From NCBI GenBank assembly GCA_963662665.2, contig CAXXJS010000028.1, forward strand, positions 64,001-128,000: a DNA stretch of 64,000 nt, read 5' to 3'. Of this stretch, positions 50,929-62,014 are shown in pieces; the stretch's first letter is position 1; each line of letters begins with the position of its first letter. Under the pieces are notes generated by a model. The model made no database searches. It saw only the letters and a program-made list of their open reading frames with translations, and was not told the origin of the DNA. Made by a program: the position numbers and the translations under genes. This stretch comes from Candidatus Latescibacterota bacterium. Lineage in GTDB: Bacteria; Latescibacterota; UBA2968; GCA-2709665.

Positions 50929-53394
50929 ATGTTCTGGAATTATCTCAAGGTGGCTTATCGGAATCTGCTGCGGCACCCGCTGTATGCCGCGATCAACGTG
51001 GTGGGTCTGGGCATCGCAATCGCGTTCTGCGTGCTGGCATTCCTCTATGTGCGATATGAATGGACCTACGATGGATTTCACGAAAATGCTGATCGGATTT
51101 ACAGGATCGCAAGAGAGACAAAGTTCAGAGACTCGGTTTATTTATCAGATATGACGGCGATTACGTTAGCACCGGCGCTGTCGGATGCGTTTCCGGGCAT
51201 TCGTTCCGTGAGAATGAACCGCGATCCGCGCCTGATTCGCCACGCGGGCAAGACGACAAAGGCATCGTTTCTTTTCGCAGACCAATCAATTCTTGAAGTA
51301 TTCTCCTTTGCTCTGATCAAGGGAGACCCGGCCACCGCACTGGAGGTTCCCAACTACGTGGCTATTACCGAAACAATGGCTGAGAGGTATTTCCCGGGAC
51401 AAGACCCGATCGGCAAGACGATCTCAGTTCAGGATGTCGAAGGTGCAGCTCTCCGCACACGAGCAGCATCCGGAGTCAACGTTTTTTCGTTAGGTCGACA
51501 AGGCCAAGCCCCTGAAACCGGGGACGAATTCTCGGATGCACGACCGACTCAGGAGCTCACGGTAACCGGTGTGATCAGGGCGATTCCCATGAACTCTACG
51601 ATTCGTTTTGACTTTCTCTCCTCGTTAAATCCGGAGGACCAGAAACAAGGATCGAATACGCGCCGTGTAAACACTTACATAATGCTCCCTGACTATCTGA
51701 ATCCACTGGAAATCGAGCGTCGCCTCGAGGACTTCGAGATACCACGCTCCAGTAGCCGATACTCGAGTAAGCTAAAGTTGCAGCCACTTAGAGACATATA
51801 TTTTGACACCAGGCGCATCGGACCGCGCTCTATTGGCAATCCTGTCAATTCGCATCTCCTTGGAGCCATTGCAATACTGGTGCTATTCGTGGCCGCAGTC
51901 AACTATACGAACCTTTCGGTAGCCCGGTCGTTCTCCCGTGCCCGCGAAGTTGGAATGCGCCGGGTCGCCGGGGGTCTTCGGACGCAGTTGGCAAGGCAGT
52001 TTCTGGCGGAATCGGTTATGCTGACATTGGTCGCGGTTGCGCTCGGGCTGGCGCTGGCCGAACTGTTCATGCCGGGCTTCAACAGTCTGGTCTACAGGCA
52101 ATTCGCACTTTCCGATCTTGCGGATTCTAACTCGCTCGTGTTTCTGGTCGTCTTGGCGCTATTGGTAGGAGTTTTCGCCGGGGGTTACCCGGCATTATTC
52201 ATGTCCGGATTTCTCCCGGTCGATGCGCTGAAGGGACGTTTCAAGGCAGATCGAATGGGTCTTTTCAGCCGTTCACTCGTGGTATTTCAGCTGGCCATCT
52301 CCTCGTCACTGGTGACCTGTATGACCATAGCGTCCATACAAATGAACATGTTGAAATCGAAACCGCTTGGTTTCGAGCCCAGCCATATCGTTGTCATTCG
52401 TCTTCTTAGGATTTCTGACAGAATGGAACTGGCCGATATCTTTGAGGAGGAGATCCGGGCATATCACTCCATTCTAAGGACCACGAGAACATCACACGGC
52501 CTTAGCAATTCCATGCGGAATAATACACTCATTAGCTGGAAAGGGACGAAGCTGGAAGGCGTCGAGAGAATTTTCTGTGATCAGCGATTCCTTGAAACAA
52601 TAGGAATAGAGCTAATGTCAGGTCGAAACTTCGAGCTGGAAAGCGACGCGGAGACGTCGGTCATTGTCAACGAAACTCTCGCCAGGAAACTGGGATGGGA
52701 TGCGCCTCTCAATGAGACGATTCGACTGGACAGAAAGGAACTGTCTGTCATCGGGGTCGTCCGGGACTTTAATTTCCAGTCCCTCCACCACGCCATTGGC
52801 CCTGCTGTGGTGCAATTGCAGGCCACGCCGTCGCCCGGCCGGCCCACGTGGGATACGCGATATCTGCTCATGGTTCGGATTCGCCCCGAAAATGTCTTCG
52901 AGACACTTGATTTCCTGAGAGAGAAGTGGGGTGGGATCGTACCGGATGTTCCGCTCAACTATGATTTCCTCGATGAGGATATCGACTATCAATACCGGGA
53001 GGAAAGGCGGTGGTTCAGAATCGCGGGTTTCGCGACGTTCTTTGCCGTATTCATCGCCTGCCTGGGCGCCTTCGGGCTGACGTCGCTCACCGTTGCCAGG
53101 CGCACCAAAGAAATCGGAATCCGGAAAGTCCTGGGTGCCCCGACGTCGCGTATCGTCTCGTTGCTCACCCGCGAATACGTAATACTCGTCGGCATTGCCA
53201 CTCTGATCGCGTCGCCTGTGACCTACGTCGCGGCGGAGCGCTGGTTGCAGGATTTCGCGTATCGCGTGGACCCTGGGATCGGGACTTTTCTGCTGGGCGG
53301 CCTGCTCACGCTCCTCGTCGTGCTCCTGGCGGTGAGCCTTCAGGTCGCCCGCGCTGCCCGCGCGAATCCGGTCGACGCATTGAGGTATGAGTAA
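50929..53394 (+). CDS. ABC transporter permease (duplicated MacB/FtsX-type), copy 1
   Basis: NYLKVAYRNL, R.REVG.R..GG, RRTKEIGIRKVLGA, ANPVDALRYE. Confidence 0.93.
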   Translation: MFWNYLKVAYRNLLRHPLYAAINVVGLGIAIAFCVLAFLYVRYEWTYDGFHENADRIYRIARETKFRDSVYLSDMTAITLAPALSDAFPGIRSVRMNRDPRLIRHAGKTTKASFLFADQSILEVFSFALIKGDPATALEVPNYVAITETMAERYFPGQDPIGKTISVQDVEGAALRTRAASGVNVFSLGRQGQAPETGDEFSDARPTQELTVTGVIRAIPMNSTIRFDFLSSLNPEDQKQGSNTRRVNTYIMLPDYLNPLEIERRLEDFEIPRSSSRYSSKLKLQPLRDIYFDTRRIGPRSIGNPVNSHLLGAIAILVLFVAAVNYTNLSVARSFSRAREVGMRRVAGGLRTQLARQFLAESVMLTLVAVALGLALAELFMPGFNSLVYRQFALSDLADSNSLVFLVVLALLVGVFAGGYPALFMSGFLPVDALKGRFKADRMGLFSRSLVVFQLAISSSLVTCMTIASIQMNMLKSKPLGFEPSHIVVIRLLRISDRMELADIFEEEIRAYHSILRTTRTSHGLSNSMRNNTLISWKGTKLEGVERIFCDQRFLETIGIELMSGRNFELESDAETSVIVNETLARKLGWDAPLNETIRLDRKELSVIGVVRDFNFQSLHHAIGPAVVQLQATPSPGRPTWDTRYLLMVRIRPENVFETLDFLREKWGGIVPDVPLNYDFLDEDIDYQYREERRWFRIAGFATFFAVFIACLGAFGLTSLTVARRTKEIGIRKVLGAPTSRIVSLLTREYVILVGIATLIASPVTYVAAERWLQDFAYRVDPGIGTFLLGGLLTLLVVLLAVSLQVARAARANPVDALRYE

Positions 53395-53968
53395 AAGCAG
53401 GCAGACAGGAATGTCTGCCCCACCCTCACAACGGATTTCTCAACATGGCAGTTTTGGCGGACGCATCAACACTCGCCCTTCCTCCTGACCGTGTAGGTGC
53501 AAACGTGCCGCCTGCCAGGTCGGGCTCAGTGCCATAAGCTCGGGGATCAAGCCATGCTGCAGTAGATCCTTCGTCAGCCTGCCTGCCGGTGATTCTCTGG
53601 CAGGCAGGGAGGCTTCCTCAGGATGACAGTTTGGGCGATTGGGCGACGGACGCGTTTCGCCAATGGTTATAGCAACGCATGTCATTCTGAGCGCAGCGAA
53701 GAATCTCCCGTCTTCTCGGCTTGCCGTGCAGCGGAAGCATTCAACAACCCATATGCGCGGAGGCTTCGATTACTTGGCGGCTTCCTCAGGATGACAGTTT
53801 GGGCGATTGGGCGACGGACGCGTTTCGCCAATGGTTATTGCAAAGCATGTCATTCTGAGCGCAGCGAAGAATCTCCCGTCTTCTGGACTGTCCATACGTC
53901 CGACACCCGGGAAAAAACCATATGCGCGGACACATCATCTATGAATCCCATCCGCGAGGGGTCGATTG
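53395..53968. repeat. Composite palindromic repeat block 2
   Basis: GCAGACAGGAATGTCTGC hairpin; core motif at 53680 and 53848. Confidence 0.9.
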
Positions 53969-56341
53969 ATGTTCTGGAATTATCTCAAGGTGGCTTATCG
54001 GAACCTGCTGCGGCACCCGCTGTATGCCGTGATCAACGTGGTGGGATTGGCCGTGGGGCTTGCGTGTTGTCTGTTGGTTCTGATGCTCGTACTGGACGAA
54101 GTCAGCTACGACAGGTTTCACGAGAAGGCGGACAGAATCTATCGCGTACTCTGGGACGGGCAGTTCGGGGACAACGCATGGACTACGCCATTGAGTCCTG
54201 TCCCGGTGGCTGAAGCGCTGTCCAGCTTTCCGGATGTGGAGCGCACCGTACGAATGCGCCGGGAACGGCGCACGCTTCGGGCCGGACAAACACGCACAAA
54301 CGAGTCCGGCTTTTTTTACGTGGAGACGGGCTTCTTCGACGTGTTTACCGTGCGTTTTATAGCAGGAGATCGGGTGACCGCGCTTCGCGACCCCGATTCT
54401 GTTGTGATTACCGAACAGACGGCGCGACGATACTTCCGGGGTCAGGACCCACTGGGACAGCCGCTGAACCTGGCCGACGGTTCGACGTTGCGGGTCACGG
54501 GTGTGGTGCGAGAGTTTCCCCGGCAGTCCCATTTTAAATTCGACTTTCTCGCACCATTGTGGACGCTTCCCATAGTAGAGCAACGCAAGACGCAATGGGG
54601 ATCGGCCACCGTATATACGTATGTCGCTTTGAGGGAGCAGACTAACGCTTCCGATGTGGAAACGAAACTCCGCGAGTACGTTAATCGTCGAGGGCTGGCG
54701 GCAGGCTTTGCCCGATCGGGTGGTTACAGCCGGTTCCGCTTGCAGCCGATGACGCAAATTCACCTGCGCTCACAGTACGACTACGAACTCGAACAGAATA
54801 GCAAGATTGCGCACGTATATATCTTCGCCCTGGTTGCCGTGCTTGTTCTGTTCCTGGCGTGCGTGAATTTCGTAAATCTGCACACGGCGTTGTCAACCAG
54901 CCGGACTCGAGAGATAGGTATACGAAAGGTGCTGGGTTCACGACGCGGGAGACTCGTCCGCCAGTTTCTCATTGAGTCGTCCATGCACTTTGTCCTGGCG
55001 TTCGTTCTGGCGATGGGGCTCAGCGAACTGGCAATACCCCATCTGGCAAGCCTCACGGGAAAACAGTTGGCAATGAGCAACCTGAGTTCTCCTCAGGTTG
55101 TTCTGGCGGTGTGCGGGGTATTCGTCGTGGTCGCCGCACTGGCCAGCGCGTATCCCGCGCTCGTGTTGTCTTCCTTTCGGCCTGCGGACGTGTTTGCAGG
55201 CCGAATTGCGGCAGGCCCCGGGGCAGAGCGATTGCGCAACGGGCTCGTCGTTACGCAATTCTGCATCTCGATCGGAATGCTCATCGGGGTATTGGTGATT
55301 CGCGAACAACTTCTGTTTGTTCAACACAAACGACTCGGATTCGATAGAGAAAACGTACTTGTCGTACACGGCGCAAGGGCTCTTGGGCAGCAGTCACACG
55401 CATTTCAAGAACGACTCAAATCACTTGCTTCGGTAGTCACCGCTTCAGTTGCACAAAGCGTGCCGGGCAAGGAATTCGGCTCTGTGCTGTTCCGGCTGGA
55501 GCAACCGGCCAACTACGAACAGACCTCGCTCACCTTCACGACGGTTGGCGAGCATTACGTGGAAGCCCTGGGGCTGGAGGTCGTCCAGGGTCGAAATTTC
55601 GCGCCTGAAGAATTCCCGTCGGACTCCACGGCCTTCCTGATCAACCGTTCGGCCGCCTCGATACTCGGATGGAAAAACCCGGTGGGCAAGCGAATGGTAC
55701 TTGCGGGTCGCGAAGGAGGAGTCATCGGAGTTGTCGAGGACTTCCATTACCAGTCACTTCGCCACCGGATCGAACCACTGGTGCTTCCTTTTCTCCGCTG
55801 GAGCCGCGACTATGTCGTCGTTCGATTGCATCCCGCCAACGAGGCGGATGTTGTTTCATCGGTACGAGGCCTGTGGGAGGAGTTCGCACCCGATCAGCCA
55901 TTCGAATTTTCATTTCTGGACAGCGACTATCTTCGGCTCTACGAAAACGAGCAACGGATGATTCGTGTCGTGCAGGTATTTTCCGGCCTCGTGATTTTCA
56001 TCGCCTGCCTTGGTCTCCTGGGGCTGGCTTCCTTCGCGGCTGCGAAACGGAAAACAGAGATCGGCATTCGCAAGGTGCTGGGCGCCACGGTGGCGAACAT
56101 CGTGTTCCTGCTGACCAGGGACTTTGCCCGGCACGTGCTGATCGCTTTTGTTTTCACTTCGCCAATCGCGTATTACGTCCTGTCCCGGTGGCTGCAGGAC
56201 TTCGCGTATCGCTCGAATATCGAATGGTGGATGTTTGCTGCGTCCGGAGGCCTGGCGATGGGGATCGCGCTGTTGACTGTGAGTGGACAGGCGATCCGTG
56301 CCGCGACGGCCAACCCCGTGGAAGCACTGCGCAGCGAATAG
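53969..56341 (+). CDS. ABC transporter permease, copy 2
   Basis: Same architecture; EIGIRKVLG twice, ANPVEALRSE. Confidence 0.93.
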   Translation: MFWNYLKVAYRNLLRHPLYAVINVVGLAVGLACCLLVLMLVLDEVSYDRFHEKADRIYRVLWDGQFGDNAWTTPLSPVPVAEALSSFPDVERTVRMRRERRTLRAGQTRTNESGFFYVETGFFDVFTVRFIAGDRVTALRDPDSVVITEQTARRYFRGQDPLGQPLNLADGSTLRVTGVVREFPRQSHFKFDFLAPLWTLPIVEQRKTQWGSATVYTYVALREQTNASDVETKLREYVNRRGLAAGFARSGGYSRFRLQPMTQIHLRSQYDYELEQNSKIAHVYIFALVAVLVLFLACVNFVNLHTALSTSRTREIGIRKVLGSRRGRLVRQFLIESSMHFVLAFVLAMGLSELAIPHLASLTGKQLAMSNLSSPQVVLAVCGVFVVVAALASAYPALVLSSFRPADVFAGRIAAGPGAERLRNGLVVTQFCISIGMLIGVLVIREQLLFVQHKRLGFDRENVLVVHGARALGQQSHAFQERLKSLASVVTASVAQSVPGKEFGSVLFRLEQPANYEQTSLTFTTVGEHYVEALGLEVVQGRNFAPEEFPSDSTAFLINRSAASILGWKNPVGKRMVLAGREGGVIGVVEDFHYQSLRHRIEPLVLPFLRWSRDYVVVRLHPANEADVVSSVRGLWEEFAPDQPFEFSFLDSDYLRLYENEQRMIRVVQVFSGLVIFIACLGLLGLASFAAAKRKTEIGIRKVLGATVANIVFLLTRDFARHVLIAFVFTSPIAYYVLSRWLQDFAYRSNIEWWMFAASGGLAMGIALLTVSGQAIRAATANPVEALRSE

Positions 56342-56379
56342 CGCGTACACCGCTTGCCATACGAGACCTGAGATCGACC

Positions 56380-56933
56380 AACCTGTCATTTTGAACGCAG
56401 CGAAGAATCTCCCGTCTTCTCGACTGGACGTGGAGCGGAAGCCCTCATCAGCTCATTTGCGCGGACGCTTCGTTGGCGTGACGGCTCGTCAATCTGTATC
56501 CATACCTACAGAACGCCAATGACGTGGGCAGACAGGAATGTCTGCCCCACCTTCACACCGGATTTCTAAGCATGACAGTTTTGGCGGAGGCATCAACACT
56601 CGCGCCGCCTCACCCTGACTGTGTAGGCGCAAACGTGCCGCGTGCCAGCTACTTGCGAATGACAGAACACGCTCGGGTTTCGTCCGATGCTGCAGGAAAT
56701 CCTTCGTCAGCCTGCCTGCCGGTGATTCTCTGGCAGGCAGGGAGGCTTCCTCAGGATGACAGTTTGGGCGATTGGGCGACGGACGCGTTTCGCCAACGGC
56801 TATTGCAAAGCATGTCATTCTGAGCGCAGCGAAGAATCTCCCGTCTTCTGGGCTGTCCATACGTCCGACACCCGGGCAAAAACCATATGCGCGGACACAT
56901 CATCTATGGATCCCTTCCGCGAGGAGTCGATTG
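56380..56933. repeat. Composite palindromic repeat block 3
   Basis: Core motif at 56384 and 56813; GCAGACAGGAATGTCTGC at ~56528. Confidence 0.9.
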
Positions 56934-59285
56934 ATGTTCTGGAATTATCTCAAGGTGGCTTATCGGAATCTACTGCGGCACCCGCTTTATGCCGCGATCA
57001 ACGTGGTGGGATTGGGCATCGCGATAGCGTTCTGCGTGTTGGCGTTCCTGTATGTGCGTCACGAGTGGACATACGATGCGTTTCACGAAAACGCTGATCG
57101 GATTTACAGGGTCTATCTGGAAGACATGCCGGGACAAGCGATAACTAGCGCGCCGTCCCTGTTGGCGCCGACCATGGCAGAGGCGGTTCCGGAAGTTCGT
57201 TACGTTAGAATGGCTAATGAACTCGGCTTCATTCAACACCGAGGCGAGAAGATAGCCGAAAATATCAAGGTTGTGGACCCTGAAATCTTCGAAATCTTCT
57301 CCTTTCCGCTCCTGAAAGGCGACCTGAAAACGGCACTCCTGGATCCCCAGAGTGTCGTTATTACCGAAAAGATGGCCGAAAAGTATTTCCCTGCTGAAGA
57401 TCCGATGGGCAAGACGCTGTCAATCCAGATCGGCGATGGCAGGGGTTGGCGGGTCCGGGAGCTAACCGTTACGGGAATAGTCGGGCCAATACCCAGAAAC
57501 TCGAGTATTCGCTTTGACATCCTCTCCAGACTCGATGTTGTGCTCAATGAACCTCGATGGAAACACAGATTCTTGAATACATACTTCCTGCTTCCTGACT
57601 TCGTACGCGCCCCGGAATTCGAGCGGCGGATGGAAGCTCTCGCGACGGTATGGCGCACAAGTCGATACTGGAAATCGGCGAAATTGCAGCATCTGAAAGA
57701 TATTCATCAGTATTCAAAGGGAATCGAATTTCAACCTGCAGGCAATCCGGTATATTCGTACATCCTGGCGTGTATTGCAATGCTTGTGCTGGTTGTTGCC
57801 GCGGTCAATTATACGAACCTATCGGTGGGCAGGTCATTCTCCCGTGCCCGGGAAATTGGATTGCGCGAAGTGGCAGGCGGTCTGCGAACCCAATTGGCAA
57901 TACAGTTTCTGACAGAATCGGTACTGCTGACTCTTGTCGCATTTGGGCTTGGTCTGGCATTGGCCGAACTGTTCATACCGGGCTTCAACAGTCTGACCCG
58001 AATGGAGTTTTCAATTTCCGATCTGGCGGATTCCACCGCACCGGTTTTTCTGGTTGTCCTTTTGCTGGTGGTAGGCATCGTTTCGGGCAGTTATCCCGCG
58101 CTTATCGCGTCAAGATTTCTGCCGGCTGAAGCGCTTAAGGGGCAGATGAGATTGGAACGATTGGGCCGCATCAGACGGGTGCTTGTGGTATTCCAGGTTG
58201 CCATCTCCATTGTATTGGTCGGATGCACGACTGTCGTCGGCAGGCAATTGAGTCTGATGACGACAAAACCGTTAGGTTTTAGTCCGAAGGATGTTTTAAT
58301 CGTCCGTAAGATGGATAAACTGGATGATAAGGGCGTTGCCGGAGCCTATCAGGAGGCAGCCCAATCCTACCATGCCGTGTTGCAGACCGCAAGAACAGGG
58401 CACGCCTTCAGCAACAGGGTCCAGAGCGTTATAGATTTAAAGACAAACGGTACTATCTTGAATGACGTCGAGATCCTTGACGGTGATCTGGGCTTGCTGG
58501 AAACACTGGGTGTGCGGCTGAGATCGGGTCGAGGATTCGAGAGAGACGGCGACGCCAAGACATCCGTACTCGTCAACGATGCTCTGGTTGAAAAACTGGG
58601 ATGGCAAGCGCCTCTGGGAAAGACGTTACAGTTAGGCAGCGGCAGGCGCAAATATACCGTGATCGGCGTGGTTCGCGATTTTTACTTTCATTCAGTTCAT
58701 CGTTCCGTAAAGCCTGCTGTGATGAGACTCAATCCCAGATCTGTTCGAACAAGAATGCTGATGGTTCGCATCCGACCGGACGACAGGGCGGGCGCCGTTC
58801 GTTTCCTGAAAAAGAAGTGGGAGGAAATGGCGCCCGACGACGTGTTTTATCATTCCTTTCTCGAGGACGAAATTAATCGTCAATACCGGGAGGAGAACAG
58901 GTGGTTACGTATTCTCGGCTACGCCACCTTTTTTGCGGTATTCATAGCGTGCCTTGGCGCCTTCGGGCTGACGTCGCTCACCGTTGCCAGGCGGACCAAG
59001 GAAATCGGGATCCGGAAAGTCGTTGGCGCGCCAACAACACGTATCATCTCCCTGCTTGCCCGCGAATACGTGGTCCTCGTCGGCATCGCCGCTTTGATCG
59101 CCTGGCCGGCGACTTACATTGCGGCGGAGCGCTGGCTGCGCGATTTTGCGTACCGCGTGGATCCGGGAATAGGGACTTTCCTGCTGGGAGGCCTGCTCAC
59201 GCTCGTCGTCGTGCTCCTGGCCGTGAGCCTTCAGGTCACCCGTGCAGCCCGCGCGAATCCTGTCGACGCGCTGCGGTATGAATAG
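56934..59285 (+). CDS. ABC transporter permease, copy 3
   Basis: ATG 56934 after GAGGAG; ends nearly identical to copy 1. Confidence 0.93.
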   Translation: MFWNYLKVAYRNLLRHPLYAAINVVGLGIAIAFCVLAFLYVRHEWTYDAFHENADRIYRVYLEDMPGQAITSAPSLLAPTMAEAVPEVRYVRMANELGFIQHRGEKIAENIKVVDPEIFEIFSFPLLKGDLKTALLDPQSVVITEKMAEKYFPAEDPMGKTLSIQIGDGRGWRVRELTVTGIVGPIPRNSSIRFDILSRLDVVLNEPRWKHRFLNTYFLLPDFVRAPEFERRMEALATVWRTSRYWKSAKLQHLKDIHQYSKGIEFQPAGNPVYSYILACIAMLVLVVAAVNYTNLSVGRSFSRAREIGLREVAGGLRTQLAIQFLTESVLLTLVAFGLGLALAELFIPGFNSLTRMEFSISDLADSTAPVFLVVLLLVVGIVSGSYPALIASRFLPAEALKGQMRLERLGRIRRVLVVFQVAISIVLVGCTTVVGRQLSLMTTKPLGFSPKDVLIVRKMDKLDDKGVAGAYQEAAQSYHAVLQTARTGHAFSNRVQSVIDLKTNGTILNDVEILDGDLGLLETLGVRLRSGRGFERDGDAKTSVLVNDALVEKLGWQAPLGKTLQLGSGRRKYTVIGVVRDFYFHSVHRSVKPAVMRLNPRSVRTRMLMVRIRPDDRAGAVRFLKKKWEEMAPDDVFYHSFLEDEINRQYREENRWLRILGYATFFAVFIACLGAFGLTSLTVARRTKEIGIRKVVGAPTTRIISLLAREYVVLVGIAALIAWPATYIAAERWLRDFAYRVDPGIGTFLLGGLLTLVVVLLAVSLQVTRAARANPVDALRYE

Positions 59286-60365
59286 AAGCAGGCAGACAGG
59301 AATGTCTGCCCCACCCTCACATCGGATTTCTCAACATGACAGTTTGGGCGGACGCATCAACACTCGCGCCGCCTCACCCTGACTGTGTAGGCGCAAACGT
59401 GCCGCGTGCCAGTTCCTTGTGAATGACAGAACACGCTCGGGTTTCTTCCGATGCTGCAGTAGATCCTTCGTCAGCCTGCCTGCCGGTGATTCTCTGGCAG
59501 GCAGGGAGGCTTCCTCAGGATGACAGTTTGGGCGATTGGGCGACGGACGCGTTTCGCCAATGGCTATAGCAAAGCATGTCATTCTGAGCGCAGCGAAGAA
59601 TCTCCCGTCTTCTCGAATGGACGTGCAGCGGAAGCATTCAACAACCCATATGCGCGGAGGCCTCGTTTCCATGACGGCTCGTCAATCTGTATCCATGTCG
59701 ACAGAACACCAATGACGCGGGCAGACAGGAATGTCCGCCCCACCTTCACACCGGTATCCTCAGCATGACAGTCTAGGCGAAAACCTCCTGGACACATTTC
59801 GTGGCTGAGGATCTGCCGTCGTATCATTCTGAGCGGAGTCGAATATCGCACACCGAAGCATGGTCATTGCTTGCGTTGCCTGCACTGAGCTTGCCGAAGT
59901 GGCCTGTCGAAACGGCTTGTCGAAATGCCCGGAACTCGGATTCCCGTCAACACTCGCCCCGTCAGCCTGACCGTGTAGGCGCAAACGTGCCGCGTGCCAG
60001 CTACTTGCGAATGACAGAACACGCTCGGGTTTCGTCCGATGCTGCAGGAGATCCTTCGTCAGCCTGCCTGCCGGTGATTCTCTGGCAGGCAAGGAGGCTT
60101 CCTCAGGATGACAGTTTGGGCGATTGGGCGACGGACGCGTTTCGCCAATGGTTATAGCAAAGCATGTCATTCTGAGCGAAGCGAAGAATCTCCCGTCTTC
60201 TCGAATGGACGTGCAGCGGAAGCATTCAACAACCCATATGCGCGGAGGCTTCGTTTCCATGACGGCTTCCTCAGGATGACAGTCCGTACCGACACTTGAC
60301 CGACAGTCTTCGCCAATGTTTATTGCAAAGCCTGTCATTCTGAGCGAAGTCGAAGCATCTCCCGC
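59286..60365. repeat. Composite palindromic repeat block 4 (double unit)
   Basis: Core motif at 59577, 60165 and 60333; two GCAGACAGGAATGTC hairpins. Confidence 0.9.
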
Positions 60366-60425
60366 GGGTTCTGTTGTGCTTCGGATATCCCGGGCTCGTG
60401 CGGCACAAACAGCATCCGGCGCTGA

Positions 60426-61823
60426 ATGAATAGCGAGGGAGGAGAGCAATTGGAGACTGAATTTTTCGAACGTATCAAGACCAACGACGTGGGCGACCCG
60501 AACGCCGCTGCCGATCGCAACCATGGCGACGCCTTGCTGTCCGTGATCGCCGGCGAACGCGCAAGCCAGGGGCCGGGGAACAAGATTGTTGCCTGCTGCG
60601 GCAGAACCCACATTGCCTGGCAGGACTCGTACAATCAGAGGTACTTCGCCCGGGTACGCACGCTCGATCATGAAACGGGCAGGTGGAGCGCGGGCGCCAT
60701 CCTGGCCGAGGGCGTCGACGAGCATTCCCGTCCCACCCTTGCGAACGATAGCCAGGGCTACCTGCACATGGTCATGGGCGGACACAACTCGCCTCTGCAG
60801 TACCAGCGATCGCTGCGGCCGCACGATTCGTCGGCCTGGACCCCCGTCGAGGCCTTTGGCCGAAACACCTATCCCGTCCTCCTATGCGGTCCCGACGACA
60901 CGCTTCACCTCGCCGCCCGTGACGGCAGCCACAGCGGCATGGAGTTTTGGGAGAGACCGCCTGGCGGCCCGTGGAAAAGCCGTGGCCTGATCGTGACCCG
61001 GCAGCGGCGTTTCACGGGGTACACGGGCATGAACAACGACGTCGCCTGGGGACCGGGACGGAAGACAATGCACATGAGCATGGCCTTTTTCCTGGGTCGC
61101 AAGGCGAATGCGGGGGAGCACTCACGTGACGTATCCGGTCTGTACCAGGCCGTGGGTTACATGCGCTCCTTCGACTTCGGCCGCACCTGGCAGAAAGACG
61201 ACGGGACGCCGGTTCCGCTTCCGGCAACGCCGGACACGATTGACCTGCTGGAGGCGGGTGAGAGCAACAACCCCAAGCCCGGCATTCACCACTGCGGCCT
61301 GGCCGTCGATTCGAAGGACCGCCCCTACGTGGGCTACGTCCGCCACACACCCACCCCCTGTCGTGTCTTCCTGAAGACGCCCGACGCCGGGAAGTGGCGC
61401 GGACTGCCGTTAGGTGAGGCCGTGGCGTCGCACTGGCCCGGTTGGGGGGTGCTCGCCTTCAAGCCGGTAATGACGTCCGATGACGTCCTTTGCGTTCTCG
61501 CCCAGATCGTTGCCCTGGGGCACCCGGACGAGAATTGGGACCCGGGTATCCATGGCCTACCCTCCTTCTGGCTGCGCGACCATCCGGAACTCTCACGCGT
61601 CGTCTGGCTCGAATCGTCCGATTACGGGGAGACACTCACGCCGCGTGAGGTACTCGCATTCGATTCTGAACAAGGTCAGCTTATGTCTTCCCTGGAACGC
61701 ACAAACGGCGCCAATCCGATCCCGCCGGGCACCCGTCCGTCATTCATCTACACGCTGGGCGATTCCCGATACGCGGACGAGGGCGAGACCATCGACAACC
61801 ACCTGTACTGGGTACGCGTCTGA
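60426..61823 (+). CDS. BNR/Asp-box repeat beta-propeller protein
   Basis: DSQGYLH..GGH, TYP.L..GPD.TLHL, RSFDFGRTW, SSDYGET. Confidence 0.75.
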   Translation: MNSEGGEQLETEFFERIKTNDVGDPNAAADRNHGDALLSVIAGERASQGPGNKIVACCGRTHIAWQDSYNQRYFARVRTLDHETGRWSAGAILAEGVDEHSRPTLANDSQGYLHMVMGGHNSPLQYQRSLRPHDSSAWTPVEAFGRNTYPVLLCGPDDTLHLAARDGSHSGMEFWERPPGGPWKSRGLIVTRQRRFTGYTGMNNDVAWGPGRKTMHMSMAFFLGRKANAGEHSRDVSGLYQAVGYMRSFDFGRTWQKDDGTPVPLPATPDTIDLLEAGESNNPKPGIHHCGLAVDSKDRPYVGYVRHTPTPCRVFLKTPDAGKWRGLPLGEAVASHWPGWGVLAFKPVMTSDDVLCVLAQIVALGHPDENWDPGIHGLPSFWLRDHPELSRVVWLESSDYGETLTPREVLAFDSEQGQLMSSLERTNGANPIPPGTRPSFIYTLGDSRYADEGETIDNHLYWVRV

Positions 61824-61920
61824 ATCGATGCGCATGCAGGGACTGGCGCCGAGGACGACTATAAGTGAGAAAATAGGACTGCATCGCGGCGCTGCGTTAT
61901 GTGTAGAAGCGGGCACGGCG

Positions 61921-61958
61921 ACCCCTCCCCATCCCCTCCCCGGCACGGGGCGGGGAGC
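61921..61958. repeat. CCCCTCCCC..GGGGAG REP-like repeat, copy 3
   Basis: Palindrome resembling 1528-1572. Confidence 0.5.
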
Positions 61959-62014
61959 GGTCGTGCTGCCTCTCAGGTATTCACACGCGCAAATCACTCG
62001 GTGATGATCCAATG

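Noticed and set aside
56772-56933. Extended start of permease copy 3
   Set aside because: Lies in repeat DNA; paralogs start at the MFWNY ATG
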